Assembly: GCF_009914755.1 (NCBI RefSeq)
Contig: NC_060945.1
DNA length: 64,000 nt
Reading direction: 5' to 3' (one strand)
DNA from: the human T2T-CHM13v2.0 reference genome, Homo sapiens
The notes beneath the pieces were generated by a model. The model saw nothing but the letters and a program-made list of their open reading frames with translations. It had not been told where the DNA came from and did not search any database. A program made the position numbers and the translations under genes. This document shows, piece after piece, positions 30,809 through 45,700 of the stretch (the stretch's first letter is position 1; every line of letters begins with the position of its first letter).

Positions 30809-31989
30809 CACACACAAACACATACAATGTAAAATAAAGAAAAGAGAGTAACCCGAAATTTAAGAGGAGAATTATAAGGAAAAACAGAGTAAAAAATGAA
30901 ATTTGGATCAAGAAATGACTAGGTAAGTTAGACCCATGGCACTGTAATCACAACTTTTTTACCATAGCAGATCAGGTATTTTGCGATCTCTCCCCTATCT
31001 CATCTTTGAACTCATCTTGTACCAAAGTCTTTCTCTCCAATTAGGTACCAGCCACCCTTGCCTTCTTTTAGGTAATTGTCTGTAAGGTTGAGTCTACATA
31101 TCATAGACAAAGAATTTATATTTCCACACCCCACCCTCAGCCTCACCTAACCAGACCTGTCTGTTCAAACTGTGTCCCTACCACACATAGTAGGCCCTCA
31201 AATAATGGTTGAATAGGTAAATGGAAAACCCAAAAATAGAGGCATTAAGGATGAGAAAACTTGAGGACACAGAAGACCTATTAGATTATGAATGATATCG
31301 ATGATAAAATACAATCAGATGTTGCTCTTAGAAGCATATAATCCCTAAAGGATAGAAAATGACTCATTTATTATTTGCTCAGCCCGTAATTATTAATTAG
31401 TTACCCACTATATTTGGATTTAGGAGTGGAAATTACCAGTGAAGAAGGTATAGCTCCAATAACAGTGTAAGTAAAGAGACAGAAAGACATGGGGAAAAGA
31501 TAATCACTAGTACAAACGGTTCAAGAGTCCCCTCATAGTTGATGTTGCCTCCTCAGCATCTGCAATTTACAAGCGGTCCCACAAAGATCAATGATCTGCT
31601 AGAGCAAGCGTGATACATGCCATTGTCTGAATCTCAGTGCAGCTTTGTACTTTTCAACATAATAACTCTTCTGAATTGATCAAGAAGAAAGCAGCTTTAA
31701 TAAATGTTGAAAGGAGTTAATTTGGGGTTTGGATGTATGATTCAAGGGACGACCAGGGGCCTCTACAAATATTCCAGTTTGTGGGTTTGTGAGTCTTAAA
31801 GAATTCTAAGAATAGCAAGAGTCTATCATATATCATAAACAGAAGGGAACAAAAAAGTCACATAAATCCAGAAACATAGTGAATTCCTGATAGAAGTGTT
31901 TAAACTGTATGCAGCAGTAGTAAACTAGCTTGAACTTAGCTAAGAGTGAAATAATGAAGGATGTAACTATGTAAGATAGACTGCAGTGG

Positions 31990-33032
<1,043 letters not shown>

Positions 33033-33120
33033 TCTTTGTTTTTGTCAAGTTTTTGAGGTGTAAGTGTTCTTTATATACTCGATATTAAGCAAGACCCTGT
33101 CTCTTAAAAAAAAATGATAC

Positions 33121-33415
33121 GGCCAAGCGCGGTGGCTCATGCCTGTAATCCCAGCATTTTGGGAGGCTGAGGTGGGTGAATCACCAGAGGACAGAAGTTG
33201 GAGAGCAGCCTGGACAACCTGGTGAAACCCCATCTCTACTAAAAATACAAAATTAGCCAGGTGTGGTGGCACATGCTTGTGATCCCAGGAACTTGGGAGG
33301 CTGAGGCAGGGAGAATTGCTTGAATTTGGGAGGCAGAGGTTGCAGTGAGCTGAGATCATGTCACTGCACTCCAGCGTTGGACAACATAACGGAATCTCCA
33401 TCTCAAAAAAAAAAG
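33121..33415 (+). mobile_element. Alu SINE (AluS) inside a minus-strand L1M fragment (~33045-33480)
   Basis: Full dimer; flanks ttctttatatactcgatatta / tattagtcccttaccagatatacgatttgcaaatattttc are L1-like. Confidence 0.9.
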
Positions 33416-33755
33416 CTATTAGTCCCTTACCAGATATACGATTTGCAAATATTTTCTTACATTCTGTAGGTTGTCTTGTCCTGAAACTGCATGTCATTTT
33501 TTTATGCTCTTTTATTTTTTGTTCTTACTGTTTCCTCTTTTATTTGTCTAAGCACTTTAAGTAATATTCTTTTGGGTGTTATATAATCATTCAACTGTCT
33601 GAAATCCAATTCACCCACTTTTTTCCTATTGACTATTTCTCATGATGGATTATTTCTTCAGATATTTTGTAACATTTGCTTAACTGGTTTTAAATTATGA
33701 AAATTGAGAAAGATTCTTTGCTTCATGAAATTTGGTCAGGCTCCTAAACCTTCTC

Positions 33756-36700
33756 TGGAATGGAATAGAATGAAATGGAATGGAGTTGAATGGGATGGAA
33801 TGGAATGGAATGGACTCGAATGAAATGGAATGGAATGGAGTCGAATGGAAAAGAACGGACTTGAATGGAATGGAATGGAATGGAAAGGAATGGAATGGAA
33901 TGGACTCAAAAGGAATGGAATGGAATGGACTCAAGTGGAATGGAATGGACTCGAATGCAATAGAATGGAATGGAATGGACTTGAATGGAATGGAATGGAA
34001 TGGAATGGAATGGAATGGACAGGAATGCAATGGAAGGGAATGGAATGGAATGCACTTGAATGGAATAGAATGGAAAGGAATGGAATGGACTGGAGTGATA
34101 TGGAATAGAAAGGACTCGAATGGAATGGAATGGACTATAGTGGAATGGAATGGAATAGAATGGACTCGAATGGAATGGAGTGGAATGGATTCGAATGGAA
34201 TGGAATGGAATTGAATGGATTCTAGTCAAACGGAATGTAATGGTATGGAATGGACGTGAATGGAATGGAATGGAATGGACTCGAATGGAATGAAATGGAA
34301 TGGAATTGACAGGAATAAAATGGAAAGGAAGAGATTGGAACGGATTGGAATGGAAAGGAATGGAATGCAATGGACTCGAATGCAATGGAATGTACTCGAA
34401 TGGAATGGAATGGAATGCAATAGAATGGACTCGAATGGAATAGAGCAGAATTTACTGGATTGGAATCTAATGGTATAGAGTCTAATGGAATGGAATGGAA
34501 TGGATTCGAATGGAATAGAATGGAATGGAATGGACTCGAATGGAATGGAATGGAATGGACAGAAAAGGTATGGAATGGAATGGGATGCAATGGAATTGCC
34601 TGGAGTGGAAGGGAATGGAATGGAGTGGAATGGAACGGAATGGACTTGAAGGGAATAGAATGGAATGGAAAGGAATGGACTCGAATGAAATGGAATGGAA
34701 AGGACTCAAATGCAATAGAATGGATTCGAATGTAATGTAATGTAATGGAATGGACTCGAATGGAATGGACTCAAGAGGAATGGAACGGAGTGGACTCGAA
34801 TGAAATGAAATGCAGGGGAAGGAACTCGAATGGCATGCAATGGAATGGAATAGACTCGAATGGAATGGAATGGAATGGACTCGAATGGAGTGGAAAGGAA
34901 TGGATCCGAATGGAAAGGAGAGGAATGGAATGGAATAGCATGGAATGGAATGGAATGGAATGGAATGGAATGGAATGGAATGGAATAGAATGGAATGGAA
35001 TAGAAGGGAATGGAATGGATTTTAATGGAATGGAATGGAATGGAATGGAATGGACTCGAACGGAGTGGAATGGAATCGAATGGAATGGAATGGAATGGAT
35101 TCGAGTGGAATACAGTGGAATAGTGTCGAATGGAATTCAAATGAATAAACACCAATGGAATGGAATGGACTTGAATGGAAAAGAAAGGAAATGACTCGAG
35201 TGGAATGGAATGGAAAGCAATAGAAAGGAAAGGAAATGACTCGAGTGGAATGGGATGGAATGGAATGGAATGCGCTCGAATGCAATGGAATGGAATTGAC
35301 TCGAATAGAATAGAAAGGAATGGACTCGAATAGAATGGAATGGAATGGAATGGGCTCGAATGCAATGGAGTGAAATGGACTCAAATGGAGTGGAAAGGAC
35401 TTAAATGGACTGGAATCGAATAGAATGCAACGGACTCGAATGGGATGGAATGGAAAGGACACGAATGGAACGGAATGGAATGAAATGGAATGGAATGGAT
35501 TGGAATGGAATGGGATGGAATGGAATGGAATGAAATGCAATGGGATGGTATGGTATGGATTGGAATGGACTTGAATGGAATAGAAAAGGATGGAATGGAA
35601 AGGAATGCATTTAAAAAGAATGGAATGGAATGGAATCCAATGGAATGGAAAGGCCACGAACTGAATGGAATGTAATGGAAGGGAATCGAATGGAATAGAT
35701 TGGAATTTAGTGGAATGGAATCTAATGGAATGGAATGGAATGGATTCGAATGTAATAGAATGGAATGGAATGGATTCGAATGTAATAGAATGGAATGGAA
35801 TGGAAAGGAATGTACTGTAATGGAATGGAATGGAACCAAATGGAATCGAATGGAATGGAATTTAAAAGATTCGATTGGAATGGAATGTACTCAAATGGAA
35901 TGGAATGGAATGGAAACAACTCGAGTGGAATGAAATGGAATGGAATGGAATCAAATGTAATGGAAAGGGATTGAATGGACTCGAATGGAATGGAATGGAA
36001 AGGAATGGCATGGTCTCGAGTGGAATGGAACGGAATGCAACTCAGTGGAATCGAATGGAATGGAATTGACTCAAATAGAATTGAATGGAATGGACCAGAA
36101 TGGAATTAAATGTAATGGAATGGACACACATGAAATGGACTCGAATGGAATGGAATGGAATGAAAAGGAATGGAATGGAATGGAATGATTTCGAATGGAA
36201 TGACATGGAATGATTTCGAATTGAATGACATGGAAAGGACTCGAATGGAATGGGTTGGGATTGGATGGTCTCGAATGAAATTGAATGGAATGAACTCAAA
36301 TGGAATGGAATGGAATAGAATGGACAAGAATATAATGGAATGGAATTGGCTCGAATGGAATGGAATTGATTCGAGTGGAATGGAATGGACATGAAAGGAA
36401 TAGAATGGAATGGACTCGAATGGAATGGAATGGACTCAAATGGAATGGAATGGAATGGACTCAAATGGAATAGAGTGGAATGGAATGGAATCGAATGCAA
36501 TGGAATGGAATGGACTCAAACAGAATGGAATGGACTCCAGTGGAATGGAATGGAATGGTATGGTCTCAAATGGAATGGAATGGAATGGAACAGATTCAAA
36601 TGGAATAGAATGGAATGGAATCAAATCTAATAGAGTGGAATGGAATGGACTCGAATGGAATGGAGAGTAATGGAATCGAACGGAAAGGAATGGAATTTAA

Positions 36701-39700
36701 TGAATTCCAATGGAATGGAGTGGAATTGAATGGACTCAAAAGAAATGGATGGGAATGCAATGAAATGGACTGGACTGGAAAGGAATGGAATGGAATGGAC
36801 TCGAATGGAATGGAAGGGACTCGAATGGAGTGGAGCCGAATGGATTCAAATGGAAGGTAATGGAAAGGAATGGAATGAACTCGAATGTAATGGAATGGAC
36901 TTGAATGGAATGGAAGGGACTCAGAGTGTAGCCGAATGGATTTGAATGGAATGGAATGGAATGGAATGGAATGAACTCGAATGGAATGGAATGTAATGGA
37001 ATGAAATGGACTCGAATGGAATGGCATGGAATGGAGTCGATGGAAGGGAATGGAATGGAATGGCATAAAATGGAATGGAATGGACTCAAATGTAATGCAG
37101 TTGAATAGAATGTACCTGAAAGGAATGGAGTGGAATGGAATGCAATGAAATGGACTCGAACGGAATGGAATGGAATGGAATGGAATGGAATGGACTCAAA
37201 TGAAATGGAATGGACAGGAAACGAATGGAATGGAATAGAATCGACTCGAGTGGAATGGAAGGGAATGGACTCGAATGAAATGGAATGCAGTGGAATAGAC
37301 TGGAATGGAATGCAATGGAATGAAATAAACTCGAATGGAATGGAATGGACTCGAATAGAAGGGAATGGAATGGACCTGAATGGAATGGAATGGAATGGAA
37401 GGGAACAGAATGGAAAAGAATGGATTGGAATAGAATGGAATGGAATCAAGTGAACTCAAATGGAATGGAATGGAATGGACTCGAATGGAATAGAATGGAA
37501 TTTACTGGATTGGAATCTAACAGAATTGACTCTAAAGAAATGGAATGGAATGCACCCGAATGGAAGCGAATGGAATGGAATGGACTCGAATGGAATGGAA
37601 TGGAATGGAATGGAATGGAATGGAATGGAATGGAATGGAACTGAATGGAATGGAGTTGAATGCAATAGAATGGAATGGACTCGAATGAAATCGAATGGAA
37701 TGGAGTCAAATGGAATGGAATGGAATGGAATGGACTCAAAAGGAATGGAATGGAATGGAATCAAGTGGAATGGAATGGACTCGAATGCAATAGAATTGAA
37801 TGGAATTGAATCGAATGGAAATGAATGAAATGGACAGGAATGGAATGGAATGGAATGGAATGGAATGGAATGGAATGGAATGGAATGGAAAGGGATGGAC
37901 TGAAATGGAATGGAATGGAATGGACTGAAATGCAATGGAATGGACTTGAATGGAATAGAATGGAAAAGAATGGAATGGACTCGAATGATATGGAATACAA
38001 AGGACTCGAATGGAATGGAATGTACGCTAGTGGAGTGGAATGGGATAGAATGGCCTCAAATGGAATGGAGTGGAATGGATTCGAATGGATTGGAATGGAA
38101 TTCAATGGATTTGAGTCAAACGGAATGTAATGGTATGAAAATGGACTCGAATGGAATGGAATGGAATGGACTTGAATGGAATGGAATGGAATGGAATGGA
38201 AAGGAATAAAATGGAATGGAATAGAATGGAATGGAATAGAATGGAATGGACTTGAATGCAATGGAATGGATTCGAATGGAATAGAGAGGAATTTACTGGA
38301 TTGGAATCTAATGCTACGGACTCTAACGGAATGGAATGGAATAGACTCAAAAGGAATAGAAAGGAAGGGAATGGACTCGAATGGAATGGAATGAAATGGA
38401 CACGAAAGGTATGGAATGGAATGGGATGGAATGGAAGGGACTGGAATGGAAGGGAATGGAATGGAGTGGAATGGAACGGAATGGACTTAAATGGAATAGA
38501 ATAGAAAGGAAAGGAATGGACGCAAATGAAATGGAATGGAAAGGACTCAAATGCAATGGAATGGATTCGAATGGAATGGAATGGACTTGAATGTAATCGA
38601 ATGGAATGGACTCAAGTGGAATGGAATGGAGTGGACTCGAATGAAATGGAATACAGGGGAAGGAACTCGAATGGCATGCAATGGAATGGAATAGACTCGA
38701 ATGGAATGGGATGGAATGGAATCGAATGGAGTGGAATGGAATTGACACGAATGGAATGGAACGGAATGGGATGGAATGAAATGGAATGGAATGGAGAGGA
38801 ATGGAATGGAATGGAATGGAGAGGAATGGAATGGAATGGAATGGATTGGAATAGAATGGAAAGGAATGGAATGGAATAGAAAAGGAAGGTAATGGAATGG
38901 AATGGAATAGAATGGAATGGAATGGATTTTAATGGAATGAATTGGAATGGAATGGAGTCAAATGGAGTGGAATGGACTCGAATTGAATGGAATGGAATGG
39001 AATGCACTCGAGTGGAATAGAGTGGAATTGACTCGAATGGAATTCAATGGAATGAACTCCAATGGAATGGAATGGACTCGAATGGAATGGAAACGACTCG
39101 AGTGGAATGGAATGGATTGGAAAGGAATGGAAAGGAAATGACTGGAGTGGAATGGAATGGAATGGAATGGAAGGTACTCGAATGGAATGGAATGGAATTG
39201 ACTCGAATGGAATAGAAAGGAATGGACTCGAATAGAATAGAATGGAATGGAATGAACTCAAATGCAATGGAGTGGAATGGACTCGAATGGAATGGAAAGG
39301 AACTAAATGGACTGGAATCAATTGGAATGCAACAGACTCGAATGGAATGGAATGGAAAGGACATGAATGGAATGGAATGGAATGGAATGGAATGGAATGG
39401 AATGGAATGCTATGGGATGGTAAGATTTGGATTGGAATGGACTTGAATGGAATAGAAAGGGATGGAATGTAATGAATTTAAACAGAATGGAATGGAATCG
39501 ACTCCAATGGAATGGAAAGGCCACGAATTGAATGATATGGAATGGAACAGACTGGAATGCAATAGATTGGAATTTAGTGAAATGGACTCTGATGGAATGG
39601 ACTGGAATGGAATCGAATGTAATACAATGAAATGGAATGGAAAGGAATGTAATTTAATAGAATGAAATGGAATCAAACGGAATGGAATTTAAAGGACTTG

Positions 39701-42700
39701 AATGGAATGAAATGTACTCAAATGGAATGGGATGGAATGGAAACGACTTGAGTGGAATGAAATGGAATGCAATGGAATTGAATGAAATGGAATGGGATTG
39801 AATGGACTTGAATGGAATGGAATGGAATGGCATGGTCTCGAATGGAATGGAATGCAATTGAATGGACTCAAAAGGAATGAAATAGAATTGACTCGAATGG
39901 AATTGAATGGAATGGACCAGAATGGAATTAAGTGTGATGGTATGGACACGAATGAAATGGAAAGGAATGGTCTCAAATGGAATAGAATGGAATGGAATGG
40001 AATGGAATGATTTCAGATCAAAGGACATGGAATAGACTCGAACGGAATGGGTTCGGATTGGATGGTCTCGAATGTAATGTAATGGAATGGACTCAAATGG
40101 AATGGAATGGAATAGAATGGACTCGAATATAATAGAATGGAATTGGCTCGAATGGAATGGAATGGATTCGAGTGGAATGGAATGGTCACGAATGGAATAG
40201 AATGCAATGGATTCGAATGCAATGGAATGGAATTGAATGGACTCTAATGGAATGGAATGGACTTGAATGCAATGGAATGGAATGGATTCGAATGGAATGA
40301 AATGGACTCCAGTGGAATGGAATGGAATGGTATGGTCTCAAATGGAATGGAACGGATTCAAATGGAACAGAATGGAATGGACTCGAATCTAATGGAGTGG
40401 AATTGAATGGACTCAAATGGAATGGAGGCTAATGGAATTGAGTGGAATGGAAAGGAATTTAAAGGACTCAAATGGAACGGAATGGAATTGAATGGACCCA
40501 AAAGTTATGGATTGGAATGGACTCGAATGGAATGGAATGGAATGGACTCGAATGGAATGGAAGGGACTCTAATGAAATGGAATTGAAAGGAATCCACTCG
40601 AGTGAAAAGGAATAAAATGGAATGGAATGCACATGAATGGAATGGAATGGAGTTGACTCGAAAGGAATAGAAAGGAATGGACTCGAATGGAATGAAATAG
40701 AATGCAATGGACTCGAATGGAATAGAGTGGAATAGAACCGAATGGAAAAGAATAGAATAGAGTCGAATTGAATGAAGTGGAATGGAATGAACAAGAATGG
40801 AATTGAGTGGAATGGACTCGAAGAGAATGGAATCGAATTGAAAGGACAGGAATGGAATGGAATGCAATGGAATGGAATGGAATGGAAAGGAATGGAATGG
40901 AAAGGAATGGAATCGAATGGAATGGAACGTAATGGAATGAAATGGACTCGAATGGAATGGAATCCAATGGAATGGACAGGAATGAAATAGAATGGAAATG
41001 AAAAGAATGGAATGGAATGGACTCAATGGAAATCAACTGAATTGAATGGACTCGAAAGGAATGGAATGGAATGGAATGGAATGGAGTGGAATGATATGGA
41101 CTTGAATAGAATGGAATGGAATAAAATGGAATGGAATGGTGTCGAATGGGAGTGAATGGAAAGCAATGGAATGGACTCAAATGGAATGGAATGGAATTGA
41201 CACAATTGGAATAGAATGGAATGGAATAGACTCTAAAGGAATGGAATGGAATGGACACGAAACATATGGAATGGAATGGGATGGGATAAAATGGACTGGA
41301 ATGGAAGGGAATGGAATGGAGTGGAATGGAATGGAATGGAATTCAATGGAATAGAATGGAATGGAATAGACTCTAAAGGAATGGAATGGAATGGACACGA
41401 AACATATGGAATGGAATGGGATGGGATAAAATGGACTGGAATGGAAGGGAATGGAATGGAGTGGAATGGAATGGAATGGAATTCAATGGAATAGAATGGA
41501 ATGGAATGGAATGGATTCGAATGAAATGGAATGGAAAGGACTCGAATGCAATAGAATGGATTTGAATGTAATGTAATGGAATGGAATGGACTCAAAACGA
41601 ATGGAACGGAATGGACTCAAGTGGAATGGAATGGAATGGACTCGAATGGAATAGAATGGAATGGAATGGAATGTACTCGAATGGAATGGAATTGAATGGA
41701 CACGAATGGAATGGAATGAAGTGGAATGGAATGAACTGGAATGGAATGGAATGGAGTGGAATGAAAAGGAATGGACTTGAATTGAATAGAATGGAGTGGA
41801 ATGGAATGGACTCGAATGAAATGAAATGGAAAGGACCTCAATGCAATGGAATGGACTAGAATGGAATGTAATGGATTGGTATGGACTCGAATGGAATGGA
41901 ATAGAATGGACTAAAGAGGAATGAAATGAAATATATTCGAATGGAATATAATGGAAAGGAAAGGGCTCGTATGGAATGGAATGGACACGAATGGAATGGA
42001 ATGGAGAGGAATGGAATGGACTGGAATGGAATGGAATGGAACGGAAAGGAATGGAATGAAATGGAATGGGCTAGAATGGAAGAGAATGGAATGGAATGGA
42101 ATGAACTCGAATGAAATGGAGTGGAATGGACTCGAATGGAATGGAATGGATACGAGTGGAATGGAATGGAATCGAATGGAACGGAATGGAAAGGAATCAA
42201 ATGGAATTTAATGGAATGGAATGGAATGGAATGGAAAGGAATGGACTCGAATGGAATGCAGTGGAATGGATTCGAATGGAATGGAATGGAATGAAAGGGA
42301 ATCGAAGAAATGGAATGGAATGGAATGGACTCGAATGAAATGGAATGTAAAGGACTCGAATGCAAAGGAATGGAATCAAATGTAATGTAATGGAATGGAC
42401 TAGAATGGAATGGAACGGAATGGACTCAAGTGGAATGGAATGGAATGGACTCAAATGGAATAGAATGGAATGGAATGGAATGTACTCGAATGGAATGGAA
42501 TTGAATGGACATGAATGGAATGGAATGAAGTGGAATGGAATGGACTGGAGTGGAATGGAGTGGACTGGAATGGAATGGAATGGAGTGGAATGGAATGGAG
42601 TGGAATGGAAAGGAATGGAAATGAACGGAATAGAATGGAGTGGTATGGAATGGACTCGAAGGAAATGGAATGGAAAGGATTGAATACAATGGGATGGACT

Positions 42701-45700
42701 CGAATGGAATGTAATGGATTGGAATGGACTCGAATGGAATGGAATGGAATGGACTAAAGAGGAATGAAATGAAATATATTCGAATGGAATATAACGAAAA
42801 GGAAAGGGCTCATATGGAATGGAATGGACACGAATGGAATGGAATGGAATGGACTGGAATGGAATGGAATGGAGTAGAATGGAATGGAAAGGAATGGAAT
42901 GGAATGGGCTAGAATGGAATAGAATGGAATGGAATGGAATGCACTCGAAATAAATGGAATGGAATGGACTCGAATGGAATGGAATGGACATGAGTGGAAT
43001 GGAATGGAATCGAATGGAAAGGAATGGAAAGGAATCAAATGGAATTTAATGGAATGGAATGGAATGGAATGGACTCAAATGGAATGCACTGGAATGGATT
43101 CGAATGGAATGGATTGAAACTGAATGGACTCGAGTCGAACGGAATGTAATAGTAAGGAATGCACTCAAATGGAATGGAATTTAATGGAATGGAATGAAAG
43201 GGACTTGAAGAAATGGAATGGAATGGAATGGAATGGAATGGAATAGAATGCAATGGAATGGACAAGAAAGGAGTGCAGTTGAATTGAATGGACCCAAAAG
43301 GAATGGAATGGAATGGAATGGAAGGCAGTGGACTCGAACAGAATGCAACGGAAATGACTAAAATGGAATGGAATGGACTCGAATGGAATGGAATGGAATG
43401 GAATGGACTCGAAAGGAATGGCATGGATTGCACCCGAATGGAATGGAATGTTATGGAAAGTAAAGGACTCGAATGGAATGGAATGGAATGGAATTCACCC
43501 AAATGGAGTGGAATGGAATGCAATGGACTCGAATTGAATGGAACGCAATGGACAAGAATGGAATGGAATGGAATGGAATAGAATGGACTGGAATGGAATA
43601 GCTTGGAATGGAATGGACTTGAATGCAATGGAATGTAATGGACTCGAAAGGAATGGAATGGACTCAAACGGAATGGAGTGGACTGGGCTCAAATGGAATG
43701 GAATGGAATGGAATGGTCTCGAGTGGAATGGAAAGTAACAGAAGGGAATGAATTCGAATGGAATAGAATGGATTCAAATGGAATAGAATGGATACGAATG
43801 GAATGGAATGGAATGGATTAAAATGAAATGGAATGGAATGGAATCGACTCGAATGAAATGGAATGCAGTGGAATGGACTGGAATGGCATGCAATGGAATG
43901 GAAGAAACTTGAATGGAATCAAATGAACTCGAATGGAAGGGAATGGAATGGTTGCGAATGGAATGGAATGGAACGGAATGGCATGGAATGTAATGGAATA
44001 GAATGGAATAGAATTGATTAGAAAGGATTGGAATAGAATGGAATGGAATGGAATAGACTGAAATGGAATGGAATGCAATGGACTCGAATTGAATAGAGTG
44101 GGATATACTGGATTGGAATTTAATGGAATTTGACACTAATGAAATGGAATGAAATGGACTCAAATGAAATCAAATGTAGTGGAATGGACTCGTATGGAAT
44201 GGAATGGACACGAATGAAATGGAATGGAATGGAGTTGAATGGAATGGAATGGAATGGAATGGAAGGGAATGGAGTTGAATGGAATAGAATGGAATGGACT
44301 CGAATGAAATGGAATGGAATGGCCTCGAATGGAATGGAATGGAATGGAATTGACACTAATGGAATTGAAGGGAATGGACCCGAATGGAATGGAATGGACT
44401 TCAATTGAATGCAGTGGAATTCATTGGGCTCAAATGGAATGGAATGGAATGGAATGGAATGGAATGGAATGGAATGGAAAAGAATGGAATGGAATAGAAT
44501 GGAATGGGATTGAATGGAATGGACATGAATGTAATGGAATGGACTCAAATGGAATAGCATGGAATGGAATGGAATGGACTCAAGTGGAATAGCATGGAAT
44601 GGAATGCACTTGAATACAATGGAGTGGAATGGACCCGAATGGAATAGAATGGCATTGAACGGATTCAAATGCAATGGAACGTAACGGAATAGAATGAACT
44701 CGAATGGAATGTAATGTAACGGAATGAAATGTGTTCAAACGCATTGTAATACAATGGAATAGAATGGAATGGAATGGAATGGAATAGAATGCAATGGAAT
44801 GGACAAGAAAGGAGTGCAGTTGAATAGAATGGACCCAAAAGGAATGGAATGGAATGGAATGGAAGGCAGTGGACTCGAACAGAATGCAACGGAAATGACT
44901 AAAATGGAATGGAATGGACTCGAATGGAATGGAATGGAATGGACTCAAAAGGAATGTCATGGATTGCACCCGAATGGAATGGAATGTTATGGAAAGTAAA
45001 GGACTCGAATGGAATGGAATGGAATGGAATTCACCCAAATGGAGTGGAATGGAATGCAATGGACTCGAATTGAATGGAACGCAATGGACAAGAATGGAAT
45101 GGAATGGAATGGAATGGAATAGAATGGACTGGAATGGAATAGCTTGGAATGGAATGGACTTCAATGCAATGGAATGTAATGGACTCGAAAGGAATGGAAT
45201 GGACTCAAACGGAATGGAGTGGACTGGGCTCAAATGGAATGGAATGGAATGGAATGGACTCGAGTGGAATGGAAAGTAACAGAAGGGAATGAATTCGAAT
45301 GGAATAGAATGGATTCAAATGGAATAGAATGGATACGAATGGAATGGAATGGAATGGATTAAAATGAAATGGAATGGAATGGAATCGACTCGAATGAAAT
45401 GGAATGCAGTGGAATGGACTGGAATGGCATGCAATGGAATGGAAGAAACTTGAATGGAATCAAATGAACTCGAATGGAAGGGAATGGAATGGTTGCGAAT
45501 GGAATGGAATGGAACGGAATGGCATGGAATGTAATGGAATAGAATGGAATAGAATTGATTAGAAAGGATTGGAATAGAATGGAATGGAATGGAATGGAAT
45601 AGACTGAAATGGAATGGAATGCAATGGACTCGAATTGAATAGAGTGGGATATACTGGATTGGAATTTAATGGAATTTGACACCAATGAAATGGAATGAAA

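Noticed and set aside
31424-31466. Possible small exon (ttggatttAG...acagt|GTAAGT)
   Set aside because: Poor polypyrimidine tract and no recognisable peptide
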